This document shows positions 12,546 to 24,269 of a DNA stretch of 64,000 nucleotides, one piece after another. Within the stretch, counting starts at the first letter, position 1; each line of letters begins with the position of its first letter. The notes under the pieces are model-generated. The model did no database searches. It was not told the DNA's origin and was given only the letters and a program-made list of their open reading frames with translations. The position numbers and the translations under genes were made by a program. This DNA comes from Podarcis muralis (lineage: Eukaryota). The stretch covers positions 70,556,001 through 70,620,000 of the forward strand of contig NC_135657.1 in the NCBI RefSeq assembly GCF_964188315.1, given 5' to 3'.

Positions 12546-14205
12546 AATCCTGTCCTGATGTGGACAGGCTGCTTGGACGAGTGAAACCAACCACCTGTCT
12601 CCTGGATCCTTGCCCATCCTGGCTTATAAAAGCTAGCCAGGAAGGACTGGGCGATGGGCTTCGTGGGGTGGTGAATGCTTCCCTCCGTGAGGGAGCCTTC
12701 CCAGACCCGCTGAAAGAGGCGGTTATTAAACCGCTTCTTAAAAAACCATCTTTAGATGCGGCCACGATGGCCAATTATCGCCCAGTCTCAAATCTTCCAT
12801 TCCTGGGCAAGGTGATTGAGCGAGCGGTTGCCGAACAACTCCAGGCACGCCTGGAAGAAGCGGACCATTTGGATCCCTTCCAGTCGGGATTCAGGCCTCA
12901 TCATGGGACTGAAACTGCCTTGGTCGCACTGGTTGATGATCTCCGGCGGGCTAGGGACAAAGGTGAGAGCTGTTTCCTAGTTCTGCTGGATCTCTCAGCG
13001 GCGTTTGATACCATCGACCATAGCATCCTTCTGGACCGTCTTGAGGGGCTGGGAGCTGGGGGCACTGTCATACAGTGGTTCCGCTCCTTCCTCCTGGGCC
13101 GTGTTCAGAAAGTGGTGGTGGGGGATGAGTGTTCAGACCCCTGGGCTCTCACTTGTGGGGTGCCTCAGGGTTCTGTCCTCTCCCCCATGCTTTTCAACAT
13201 TTACATGCAGCCGCTGGGAGAGATCATCAGGAGGTTTGGGCTGGGTGTTCATCAGTATGCCGATGATACCCAGCTCTACCTCTCTTTTAAATCAGAACCA
13301 GTGAAGGCGGTGAAGGTCCTGCGTGAGTGTCTGGAGGCGGTTGGAGGATGGATGGCGGCTAACAGATTGAGATTGAATCCTGACAAGACAGAAGTACTGT
13401 TTTTGGGGGACAGGAGGCGGGCAGGTGTGGAGGATTCCCTGGTCCTGAATGGGGTAACTGTGCCCCTGAAGGACCAGGTGCGCAGCCTGGGAGTCATTTT
13501 GGACTCACAGCTGTCCATGGAGGCACAGGTCAAATCTGTGTCCAGGGCAGCTGTTTACCAGCTCCATCTGGTACGTAGGCTGAGACCCTATCTGCCTGCG
13601 GACTGTCTCGCCAGAGTGGTGCATGCTCTGGTTATCTCCCGCTTGGACTACTGCAATGCACTCTACGTGGGGCTACCTTTGAAGGTGACTCGGAAACTAC
13701 AATTAATCCAGAATGCGGCAGCTAGACTGGTGACTGGGGGCGGCCGCCGAGACCATATAACACCGGTCTTGAAAGACCTGCATTGGCTCCCAGTACGTTT
13801 CCGAGCACAATTCAAAGTGTTGGTGCTGACCTTTAAAGCCCTAAACGGCCTCGGTCCAGTATACCTGAAGGAGCGTCTCCACCCCCATCATTCTGCCCGG
13901 ACACTGAGGTCCAGCGCCAAGGGCCTTCTGGCGGTTCCCTCATTGCGAGAAGCAAAGCTACAGGGAACCAGGCAGAGGGCCTTCTCGGTAGTGGCGCCCG
14001 CCCTGTGGAACGCCCTTCCAGCAGATGTCAAAGCGATAAACAACTACCTAACATTCAGAAGACATCTTAAGGCAGCCCTGTTCAGGGAAGTTTTTAACAT
14101 GTGATTTTACTGTATTTTTGGTTTTTATGGAAGCCGCCCAGAGTGGCTGGGGAGGCCCAGCCAGATGGGCGGGGTATAAATAATAAATTATTATTATTAT
14201 TATTA
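12546..14205 (+). mobile_element. Young 5'-truncated L2-clade LINE with 3' UTR stem-loop and (TTA)n tail
   Basis: Contains an RT ORF, a 3' UTR ending TATAAATAATAAA(TTA)n, and a candidate 6-bp TSD TAATCT at 12540-12545 and 14206-14211. Confidence 0.95.
12560..14104 (+). CDS. L2 LINE ORF2 C-terminal part (reverse transcriptase), uninterrupted for 514 codons but lacking the APE endonuclease and a true start
   Basis: RT motifs LLDLSAAFDTIDH, GVPQGSVLSPMLFNIYM, QYADDTQLY, LNPDKTE and LGV are present, plus the L2-type C-terminus HWLPVRFRAQFK. The ORF-track start is a GTG at the truncation point. Confidence 0.93.
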   Translation: MDRLLGRVKPTTCLLDPCPSWLIKASQEGLGDGLRGVVNASLREGAFPDPLKEAVIKPLLKKPSLDAATMANYRPVSNLPFLGKVIERAVAEQLQARLEEADHLDPFQSGFRPHHGTETALVALVDDLRRARDKGESCFLVLLDLSAAFDTIDHSILLDRLEGLGAGGTVIQWFRSFLLGRVQKVVVGDECSDPWALTCGVPQGSVLSPMLFNIYMQPLGEIIRRFGLGVHQYADDTQLYLSFKSEPVKAVKVLRECLEAVGGWMAANRLRLNPDKTEVLFLGDRRRAGVEDSLVLNGVTVPLKDQVRSLGVILDSQLSMEAQVKSVSRAAVYQLHLVRRLRPYLPADCLARVVHALVISRLDYCNALYVGLPLKVTRKLQLIQNAAARLVTGGGRRDHITPVLKDLHWLPVRFRAQFKVLVLTFKALNGLGPVYLKERLHPHHSARTLRSSAKGLLAVPSLREAKLQGTRQRAFSVVAPALWNALPADVKAINNYLTFRRHLKAALFREVFNM

Positions 14206-14995
14206 TAATCTTCTAGACTGTTGCTATTTTCAGTTGGGATCCACATATTGGCACATTCAGGTTGCACAATTATAGTTGATGTGGACAGAGGAAACAGACG
14301 GAGCAAGACTTTGCAAGAAGAACAGATATGTATTTGCTCACCACATTTTGTGTTTGCATACCCAAGAGAGTGAATGCCTGAATTCAGAGTTTACTGAAGA
14401 GCTTTTTTAGTGCAGCGGGAATAGGGCAGAGAGAGTGGCACTTTGCCTTTTGAAGCAAAAGTATTGAGGAACCCTGTCAGGAGAAGTGGTGGCTTTCTTT
14501 CTGAAGTGTGCCATAGCCACCTTCAGATGCCCATGCTGCTTTGCAGAATTTGCGCTCTTCAAAGTCATTGCACCCATGATCTAGGATCACTAGAACAGAT
14601 CGCATCCATTCTATGCCTCTCCAATGTGTGAGTTAATGAAGAAAATCATATGCAGTTGATTTACAACTCTGTGCTGTAAATCAACTGCTATAATTTACAC
14701 TTCAGTATGCTCCTATATTTCAGATCCTTTCAGACATGAAGATTTGTAGCATGCATGCCTTTAGAATCCTAATTTACTCAAGCTTGTTGCAAGTCTCTGA
14801 AGTGTTAATTAATAATGGTCATGCCCTGTATTAGCTGTCTAGTGGCCATCTTTTGTTGAATTGCTTCATGACCAGCTGTTTCTATAATGGCCCTTGGAAG
14901 TTATGAGGGGTGGTGGGAGGACACCCTCACCAAATCAGTTGGGGCACTGAATTTGTGTTTCTTTTTGGCAGGGGTGAGTGAAAAAAAGAAAAAGG

Positions 14996-14997
14996 GA

Positions 14998-15047
<50 letters not shown>
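14996..15047 (+). repeat. (GAAA)13 microsatellite
   Basis: Perfect tetranucleotide run, read directly. Confidence 0.97.
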
Positions 15048-15048
<1 letters not shown>

Positions 15049-16058
15049 CAGCCTGAATTAAGACAGAGTGTTACAATTTCTATGCACTGCAAAGGGAGGT
15101 CATTCCAGGAATGTCCTGCTAGTCAAGAGATGTGGGGTGATCAGCCTTTCATAACACAGCTTATGAAATGGCCTCAGCTTTAATGTACATACAAGGCTAG
15201 TGAGCAAAATAATGTTTATCATGTTGGAAACACATGCTCATGTCCCTGTCAGCCTGTAATCAAGCTCACTCTTGCTTTCCTTGGTGACTAATATAGACAA
15301 GAGATAATAATTCAGACAATCACTTTTAAGCTGCTGAGTTTTACAGAAATGATTTGGTATTCCATTAAATCCTGCATATAAAAAAATATTGTATGTCTAC
15401 ATCAGGGTCTTCTACCATACTAGCAGAGATGTATAAAACAACTCCAACTGTCTTAATATCTGCCTTATGCGGACATGTCACATAAACAGTTCGTATCACT
15501 TTGCTGCAGAGTTTTCTAACTAGTAAGCCAAAATGTAAAGTTGAGGCCATCTATTATCTGAAAATGCAGAACGCGGGCATACTCTCCCTGCCAAAGTACT
15601 AACCAAATATAGTTACTCTTGGCGCTTGTACGTAAGCAAGGTTTCAGATGTACGTAAACTATCTCTGACTTCTCAAAGAAGCAACATGAGAACTTCTTTC
15701 AACTGGCTGATGCCAAGGTCCATTCCTGCAGCAACGGAATAGTAACGTCTTTACCTCAGCCTGAGTCAGTGGTCCTGTGTGTCAAAATAGCTCACTAACT
15801 TGCTGTGCTAAGGGATCCCATATCACACATGAATCACAGGCTCAGAAGTATTTCTTTCATCCAGGAGTCCTCTACTTCCTTCCCCATCCTCACCCAGTAG
15901 TGAATGGATAGCTTGGAGAACAGTTTACAGGCTTTTATCATCCAGAACACAAACTACAGGAGAAGGTTTTCTCTAGATGCATTGGCTCCCCAATTTATTA
16001 ATTCAAACACAGTTTTTGCTACCAGTTGCCTCCTGAGACAATTATTTCCTAAGGGAAT

Positions 16059-16493
16059 TGTTATGAATTTGTCGGTGCCAGACTTCAAATCCCTATAATC
16101 CTAGCAAGTGTTAAAATACAAGTCAGGCTAGCTTCCTCATGAGTTGATCGTCTGGGTGAAGGGCCATTAAGAAAACAAAGAAAAGGTGATGGGCTATTAA
16201 GAGAACAAAAGAGAAGAGGCTCTGTGCCAGATTGCAAATGAGTGGGGGCCCTCCTCCAGAGAGGCAGAGCACAATGTTTGAATCCAAGCAGCTATGGGAG
16301 AAACAAGACCCTCTTGGGGTGTTAATGCTGTGAAACCCTCTATCATTGGCTCAGGTTGTATATATGTGTAAATAAACCATATATCATAAAGACACCAGAG
16401 TGTCCTCATTCCCAAAAGGAAACACAAACCCTGGCTAAAGGCCTGGTAACCCTGGAATCCCACACTGCTCAAAGACTGGGGTGGTGGGCAATA
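16059..16493 (+). mobile_element. Probable degenerate solo LTR (~435 bp)
   Basis: Starts TGTT and ends GCAATA (decayed GCAACA). Flanks are GAAT / GTAT (4 bp, 1 mismatch). Internal TATATA...AATAAACC lies ~120 bp from the 3' end, an LTR-like U3-R-U5 layout. Confidence 0.5.
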
Positions 16494-16503
16494 GTATTTT
16501 TTT

Positions 16504-16630
16504 GAGAAAGGGCCTTCGGTCAGTGATAAAGCACCTGGTTTGCAAGTAGAAGGTCTCAAGTTCAATCCTTGGCATCTCTAAGTACTGGGATTGCCCACAG
16601 TTGGAATCCTGGAGAACCAGTGTCAATTGT
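16504..16630 (+). mobile_element. Degraded tRNA-derived SINE (Squam2-like)
   Basis: Aligns by eye with the better copy at 25930-26116 (GTTCAATCCTTGGCATCTC B-box region, CTGGAGA body). Confidence 0.6.
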
Positions 16631-16644
16631 GCTGGTGGTGTTGT

Positions 16645-17490
16645 ATTTTAATTTATTATCTGCCCATCACTCTAAGGTCCCAGTATTACAACACTTTTAA
16701 ACTGTTCTTAATGTTGCATTCTAAGCAACCTACAATCACAAAAATAGGGCTGGTCCTAAAAATATACATCTTAGGTGTCAAAGCCTAAGATAATAAAGTG
16801 TGTCTTAAGCATTCTCCAAAAACTGTTCAGTGGTACCTCGGGTTAAGAACGTAATTCGTTCTGGAGGTCCATTCTTAACCTGAAACTGTTCTTAACCTGA
16901 GGTACCACTTTAGCTAATGGGGCCTCCTGCCGCCGCCACAGAGCGATTTCTGTTCTCATCCTGAAGCAAAGTTCTTAACCCGAGGTACTATTTCTAGGTT
17001 AGCAGAGTCTGTAACCTGAAGTGTCTGTAACCCAAGGTACTACTGTATAATGAAGTTGCCAGATGCACCTCTGTGGGGAGAGAGTTCCACAGCTTAGGGG
17101 CTGAAGCAAAGATTTCCCTCTCCTGGGCTTCCACCACCCCAGAACTTCTAAGGGCGGCAGAACTTCCAGAAGGTCCCGCTTTGCTTATCTTAATGCCCAA
17201 GGGGGTCTGTAGGGAAGGAGGGGGTCTTTCAGGTATTTGGGGCCTGAGCTGTTTAGGGCTTTAAACATTAACATGTGTACCTTGAAATGGACCCAAAATA
17301 GGCAACCAGTACAGCTGCTTTAGAACTGGATATGTGAGAACTGAATGAAACCCCAACCGGTAATCTAGCAGCTGCATTTTGGACCCATTGAAGTTTCCAA
17401 GTTGTCTTCAAGGGCAGCCCCATGTTGAGTGCATTACAACAATCCAGTCTGGGAGTTACCAGAGCATGGAGTACAGTGGCGAAGCAGCTG
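16645..17490 (-). mobile_element. Older L2 LINE 3' fragment interrupted by a MITE
   Basis: The minus strand encodes LVTPRLDCCNALNMGLPLKTTWKLQWVQNAAARL and FASAPKLWNSLP, homologous to the L2 ORF at 12560 but with frameshifts and stops. Confidence 0.85.
16828..17045. mobile_element. Tc1/mariner (pogo/Tigger-like) MITE
   Basis: TIRs CAGTGGTACCTCGGGTTA / TAACCCAAGGTACTACTG. TA on the right and TT on the left. Same family as 46372-46613, in the opposite orientation. Confidence 0.9.
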
Positions 17491-20400
17491 AGATGCCATG
17501 AGTTCTGTCCTTCTAACTCACATCCCACGACAACATTACATGCATTTCAAATCTTACCAATGGCCAGAGATGATGAGAACTCTCATCCACAATATATGTA
17601 GGGGAAGCAAATTCCCTATCCCTGCTTGTATACAGTAGTTATGCAATGATAGCTTCCCCTAACTTGGAAACATTTGTTTATTCCCCTTTAAAATAAAGTC
17701 TAGACTGTACAGTTTAAGGGGGGATTCTGTACAAACATGAAACAAAAGCTGAAGTAGTGCACTGTGAGCATTGGTTCATTCTAATAAAGATATTGCTTTA
17801 CTGTGGATTATGTTTTAAAGGAGCAATAGAGCTATCTGGAGTTGATAGGCGCATGCATTTTGGAGAAACAATGGAACAAGTGTCGCTGCCTCCACCTCTC
17901 CTATTCCCTTAACATCCATGGCAGATTTGCTTTTGCTTCAGGTTTACGTGCCAGGGTGTGAAGTGGACAAAGTACTAGGCAGGAATACATGAGACAAGCC
18001 AGGCAGCCTCATATGCTGCGGAAAGAATCACCATCCTTCTCTTGTCTACTGCTATTTACCAGCTTGTAGTGATGAAAGTTAATGGGACAAGTTTTGCATT
18101 CCTTTTCTCCCAATTGAAAGGCAAAGCTTGTAAGTAATAAGCTTTTTTTAAAAAAAAACAACAAACCAGATTGAGAGTGTTCAGACTCATTCAGATTTTT
18201 AACAGCATTAATCAAAATGCATCATGGCTGCCCTTGTTGTTAATTGGATCAATCCTGCGTTTAATTTTTGTAAGCTTTCAGCCTTCAGTGAATTGAGTGA
18301 TCTGAGGTGAACAAAGCATAAATTAAAGCAATTATTTCTCTTTTTCTGTCTCTCTTTCTCTCTGAAAGGCTGAGATGAATAGTGTTGAAGCAAGAATTTT
18401 TGCTAATCTTTTGCTGACTAGTTAACTTCAATACTTTTCATGTATGCATTCCTTTCAAAACTAATGGACTCTGGATTTCCCCTCCTATTTTCCTCCTAAA
18501 AAGCTATTCCGTACCTCTGTGAAAAGAAAGCATGGGATGTCAAGGGACAAGAGGCAAGACAGAGGTGGTTTGGGGTGAAAATCCAAGCCACAAAAAAAGT
18601 AATTCAGTGCTAGGGACGTGCTATTACCCTCCTGAGTTGAACTCCCTTATAGTGATACTAATATGCAAACAGCAGTCAGGGCGCCAACTACAGTAGGTCT
18701 TACATTATGGCTGATTTCGGCTGTCATCAAATTACCAAGGTAATCCTGAGTCATCATGACAAAGACTCAACATGCCTAGAATTAGATACAGTAAATGATT
18801 GTGCTTTGGAACAACGTGTGCTGAAACTTGTCACCTCTTGATTTAAATCCTAAACAGCACCCAAGATTATTGCAAGACACAGATTCTGCTGAATCCATTA
18901 TGAACACTGCTCTCAACAAACGAGTGGGAAATTGCCCAACTATGAGATCATACTTTCAATACATCTTCTGCTATTGCAGCATTCATTTATGATACATACA
19001 AAGTGAGAGAGACTCAGATATGCTTTTAGTGCCATGAGTAATGTTGATCTAAAGCTACACCAGAAGTCTGCTGCTTCTGCGGGTCCAGCAGTAATTCTGG
19101 GAATAAAGGAAATTTTGCCTACTACGCTATGATAATTGGATTACTATTCTATTGTGTTTGCTCAGGAAGGAGATGGGCTGCATTTGAAGTCTTCAAGAAA
19201 CTATGCTGGGAAGAACATGTAGCTTGTGAGCTAGGTACATCTCTGCTTCGGTCCAAATGCTTAGTTTACCTTTGGAAAATTATGACTAGATCCCCATATT
19301 TATTTATTTTACAGAATGTTTCTCCCCAGAAAATGTAAGCAAAAATATGAGGGCACATAAGCACTCAAATGATATGTGTCTCCAAGGGAAATGACTAAAT
19401 TATTTGAAGTTTTGCTATTTAGTTTTGTTGTATTTTACTTTCATGTTTATTTGTCTACAAAAAATATATGATTTTTTTAATACAAAAAAAAAGCATTCAG
19501 AATACTGTAGGACTTAGGTAATGATCTAATTTGGCACTAAACCAACAAAGACCTGTGAAAATTGTGCAGTTGTGGTTCTCCATAACAAAATATTAGTGGA
19601 AATGCAATATCCAAATATTACATTGCAGAGAGGGTTTGGATATCCAGCACTGAGTAACAGCTGTTTATCTATTTCACATTAAAATGGCTATCTTGCACTG
19701 GAACTGGCCACTGAAAGTCAGGCCAGGTATTTCAAACATATAACTGTTCCACCTCTGGTTGCTATTCTCTGCCCATCTTCCTTTTTACTTACATACAGCT
19801 TGTTACATTTCCTTCCATTTTTTGCACTTCAGAATCTCCCTACTGCACTTTTGTCAAACCAAACAGTGCCCAAATTCTTTTAAAACTAGATTCGTGGAGC
19901 ATTGTGTTCCTCAATTTATTCCAAGTCTTACTGTGGGCTATTTGAGGGGCTCAGCTTGTTACTAATAATTGAAATATGAAGTGTCAAAGCAATACAGTAG
20001 TTTTAATTCTCTGGGACCAGGGGCTAAAGCTGGGCCTTCTGCTTCTTGATTCTGAGCCCCTGTTCAGATCTGTGAAGTCTTTGTGTTTTGTTTTGCTTTG
20101 CTTCTTTGAACGGGAGGAACAAAGATACAAGCTGCACTGGCAAACTTGGTCACCAAACCCAAGTTTTATCTCATGCAATTTGGTTAATTATATGTTAAAA
20201 TTTGGTGGCAGGGAATCTTTGTCTTACAAATATCTACGCAGCTTCATTTGTATGAAGAGATTATTCTCTTAATCCTTTTGGACTTTTGCTTAGTGGGCAA
20301 GGTGTGGCTAATTTAGCAGCTCTCTTAAGCTTTGGGTGCCCTCTGCTGGTAAATCTTGGGGGGGGCAGCAAGTGTGGAGAAGAAGAGCTCCAGGTTAGAG

Positions 20401-21420
20401 TCCATGTGTTACTGCTTTACCTGATCATTTTTGTGAGCGCATACACATGACCAACACTTGTGCCTACCCATACCCTCAATCAACATGCACATTTGCACTT
20501 TGCCTGGGGGGCATGTTCCTACATGCTCTGTAGCCATGCATTGCAAACCAATGTGTAAATCGCAGAACAGCTCAGATCTTTGGCCTGTGGCAGGTGTGGT
20601 TAAGCTGTGAGCCTCCAGATATTGCTGGACTACAATTCCAGGCAGATCTGCACTATTCATTTAAAGTGCATTCAACACCCATTCAAAGGATATGGCTTCT
20701 CCCAAAAAATCTTGGGAACTGCAATTTGTTAAGGATGCTGAGACATGTATCTTGGGGACTACAGTTCCCAAAATTCATCGGGGAAAGTCATGTGAGAACC
20801 TCAGGAACTGTACTTTGTTAAGGGTGCCAGGAAGTGTAGCTCTGGAAGAGGTAGACTACAGTTCTGATTTGGGGGGGATGTTATGTGTTCTAAATGCAGT
20901 ATATGTCCCTTGGCCATTCTGGCTGGGGCTGTTAGGAGCTGGAGCACAACAACTGCTGGCAGGCTGCAGATAAGAACCCCACATGACTCCCACCCACCCA
21001 CCCAACCACACCAGGCCATGTGCATTTTAGAATACATTTTATGCTTTGCACATTTTAAAATACAATTGCAGCCGTGCCATTAAAACTAACAAGGAGGTAG
21101 CCCTAAGCTTCCTGAAGAATTAACAGGATTTATCGTTGGACGCTGCCTAGCTATCCTTCCCATCCTGAAAGGAGCAAGAGCTCAGCTGCTTATGACACTT
21201 CCACCTGAGTTCAAGGGCTGGCTTACACATGCACACTCACCATCTGATGACTGCAGCCTCATGTGCTGCATTTGCCTTGTTGCACGTTCACGAGTTTCAT
21301 ATCATCTGTCAGCCCAGCAATGGCAACGGGCTTTTCAACAGAGGCTCTGTTTCCTTTGTGGTCTCTGTACAGTCCCAACATATTGTGCTGCTTGTGTTGA
21401 GTCATCTCGCTCCCCTGGGT

Positions 21421-21679
21421 TGTCCACATCAGCTGACAGCAGCTCTCCAGGGATTCAGACGGGGACATTCCCAGCTCTACCTGGAGATGCTGGGAATTGA
21501 ACATAGGATCGTCACCTACAAAGCAGATGCTCTGCTGCTTCTCTTGTAACTAAGTTTAGAGAAATCTGCAGAAGGCAACTCCAGCCCCCATCACAGCCCT
21601 GGTGCTTCTTCCCACAATATTCAGGTGTCTAGAGCTGTGCAAATAAAGCAGATACTCTGCCACTGAGCTATGGCCTTTC
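21421..21679 (-). mobile_element. Squam2-like tRNA SINE split by a ~109-bp insertion
   Basis: Reverse complement of the 25930 SINE family. The head is interrupted between two copies of AAAGCAGATRCTCTGC. Confidence 0.7.
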
Positions 21680-22608
21680 ACCTTGGGCATAGTCGGGGGT
21701 TAGTGAGACTCCTGGGCCTTACAGATCTGTATACCCCTCTGCTTTCTTCCCCTTATACATGCACCTTGATAAACAAAGCCTGGTCCTATCTATGACTATG
21801 GGGTGAAACTCTGGTACTTGTTCAGCATAAACAAGCAGGAAAGTAGCTGGCTTTATTTATTGCAAATGCTTCTATCCTTCCCTCCTAGCACTTGCACACC
21901 ATACAGGGCAGCGAACAACAATTAAAACACAACCATGAAACACAACGCTATCTCATGTGCAGCAGATAAAATGAAGGTATCGGTCAAAACAAATATCTAT
22001 CAGCAGAGTGGTCATTTGGCCTGCTGCTGACTGTGGGTGCTATAGAATTATTATGGAGAGGTGGGCAAAGAAGCGCATTTTGCTTTCAGCACAGTTCTGT
22101 TATTTGGTTGAGATAAGCCACTTAGTAGCAAAGGCATTTTGACATTTGCAGTTGTCTTGTAATGTCATGCTGATAGTGACACTTTGAGACTGCTGACAGC
22201 ATTTGTTTTGTAACACCTGTGCGTATCTGTCAGTATTAATAAGAGCAGCTGCATTTCGGGTGTGTGTGAGAGAGGGGAGGGCCTGCAATATATATATTGA
22301 GTGGAGGGTCTTCTTTTGCAGTTCCTCCCTCTTGAGTAGAAACACAGTGTAGCATTGCCATTTTTACTGTAAGTGGATAAACCTGCCACCATTGAAATTA
22401 ACGGTACTCACCACCACTACCACTTGAGTTCAAGTTTTGTGTACAGCAAAATTTATGCAGAACTCTGGACTGGAGTGGCAATATGTAGCAGAAGCACTAA
22501 ATGTAAAAATACATGCCTATTAATTGGCTCATTGAAACGTCAGCTTATATATGATTTGAAGGTCAAGCTGATGTGATAGGTTTTGAAAGCAGTACGACAT
22601 AACAAAAT

Positions 22609-22890
22609 GTAAGAGGAGCCCTGCTGAAGCGGAGCAAAAGGCCCATCATCCTGTGCTCAAAGTGGTGAACCAGACACCTATGAAAATCCCACAAACAGGG
22701 CACAAATGCAAGAGCACTCTCCCCATTTGGGCTCCCCAGAAACCGGTATTTAGAGACATGCTACCTCCCTTACTGAAGGTAGCACCAGGCGATTATGGCT
22801 AGTAACCACTAATATCCTCCATGAAAGTGTCCCAGTCAATCGTCAGTACTGGATCTTCAGGTTAATGTATTCCATTGTGCGAAAAGGGGC
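22609..22890 (-). mobile_element. Decayed CR1 LINE 3' fragment
   Basis: TAAGAGGAGCCCTGCTG...GGCCCATC...ATCCTGTGCTCAAAGTGG matches the CR1 3' UTR pattern on the reverse strand (recalled). Confidence 0.55.
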
Positions 22891-23149
22891 CTCAACCACA
22901 AATATCAACAAAACCTGGAAAGAGTGTGCTAAGCATGGAGAACCATGGGCATCCATACTTCCTTAATGTGGGTCCAATGATGTACTCAAGGATTTCTCCA
23001 CCTGAGCCCATCTAGTAAAACCAAATGCATCATATTATATCCCAGCTTGATGAGTGAGATCATACAAAGAAGCGTTGTTAGTTGCACCTTGTGTTACCGA
23101 CACCTCAATGGCCTCAGTTAGAAGTTGAACACTTAGTATTGTCATTCCC

Positions 23150-23340
23150 TTTCAGCGGAACACTCTTCTGGCAAAGTCAGCAGGCTCCCTGCTTTTTACT
23201 TTCAGGTGTCTCTTGAAGACCTTTTTGTGCTGACATGCCTATGCAGTTGTTTAAAACTTTCTTGATTAGCCAGTCATTTTAATGATCTTTTTGTGCTGTT
23301 TTAATGGTCTTTTTATGTTTTATTTTATACATTTCATGGC
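23150..23340 (+). mobile_element. Decayed L2 3' fragment
   Basis: CTCCCTGCTTTTTACTTTCAGGTGTCTCTTGAAGACC followed by a T-rich 3' UTR, resembling the end of L2 ORF2 and its UTR. Confidence 0.45.
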
Positions 23341-24269
23341 CCCTTATCTTTATTACAGTCCTCATGACCTATTTGGATGGTGAGAAAAGTCTGCCGTCCC
23401 TTCTGAAAAACTCACCAGCCCTTTTCTTCCTAGTATGGGAGATCCATACTCACTCCCAGATTCCCTTTGCTTGATCATGGAAATAGAATATCTGCTGTCC
23501 AGGAGCAAAACAGCATCAGGAAAATAGATTTATTTTCAAAGGTAGTTCTATCAAATGTAAAGTATTGACCAAGGTCAGGGTTTTTTATCTTGTTTTCTGT
23601 TTTTGTCTTTTCTGGTATATTTGCAAAAAGACTCAACTCAGTGAAAAACATCTGATGAGATTAAAGTTCAGTTGTTTTTCAGTCACCAGTCCAATGCCTG
23701 CATTACTCAACCTTAACTTCAACAATAATGTTATGGCGCTGGCCCCTATTTCCTTTGTTAGGCAGATTACTGGTTAATGGCCCAAGATGGTTGAGAAATA
23801 TCCAACCTAACCCACTGAATTGATTAGGAGATAACTGCAGATCTTTCTCAGAGCCTTTTGCAGGAGTCAGCCATCAAGGTTGGAGGAGGTGGAATGGAGG
23901 AGAAAGGACAGGGCGAAGTGAAGAAATTGAATTTTTGGCAGGGGGAAAGAGAGAGTGTGCTGTGAGCAGTCCATCAGCATTAATACTTTGACTTTCTCTC
24001 TGGGTATCTCACTTGACATTGTTGGTATATAGCCTTATAAGGGTGACATAGGCTTACATTGGCAACCTGCAATTAAGACCAAGGGTGGAGATCCTAATGC
24101 CCTTCAGATATTGTTGGCCTACAGCTCCCATAATCCCATGCTGACTGTGGCCAATGGAAGATGGAGTCCCACAGCACCTGGAGGGCCACCAGTTTCCCAT
24201 CCCTGATTTCAGACTACAATAAACTGGGAGGGGTAGCAAATGCCGCAGAAGCATGAATCGGAAATCAAT

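Larger units (their letters stand above)
12060..14268 (+). mobile_element. Probable solo LTR (~540 bp after removing the nested L2)
   Basis: Termini TGTG...CACA, flanked by ATCAT / ATTAT (5-bp TSD, 1 mismatch). TATA-like CATAAAAA lies near 12275. The element is split by the L2 at 12546-14205. Confidence 0.5.

Noticed and set aside
14887-15183. ORF with KKER repeats
   Set aside because: Translation of the (GAAA)13 microsatellite.
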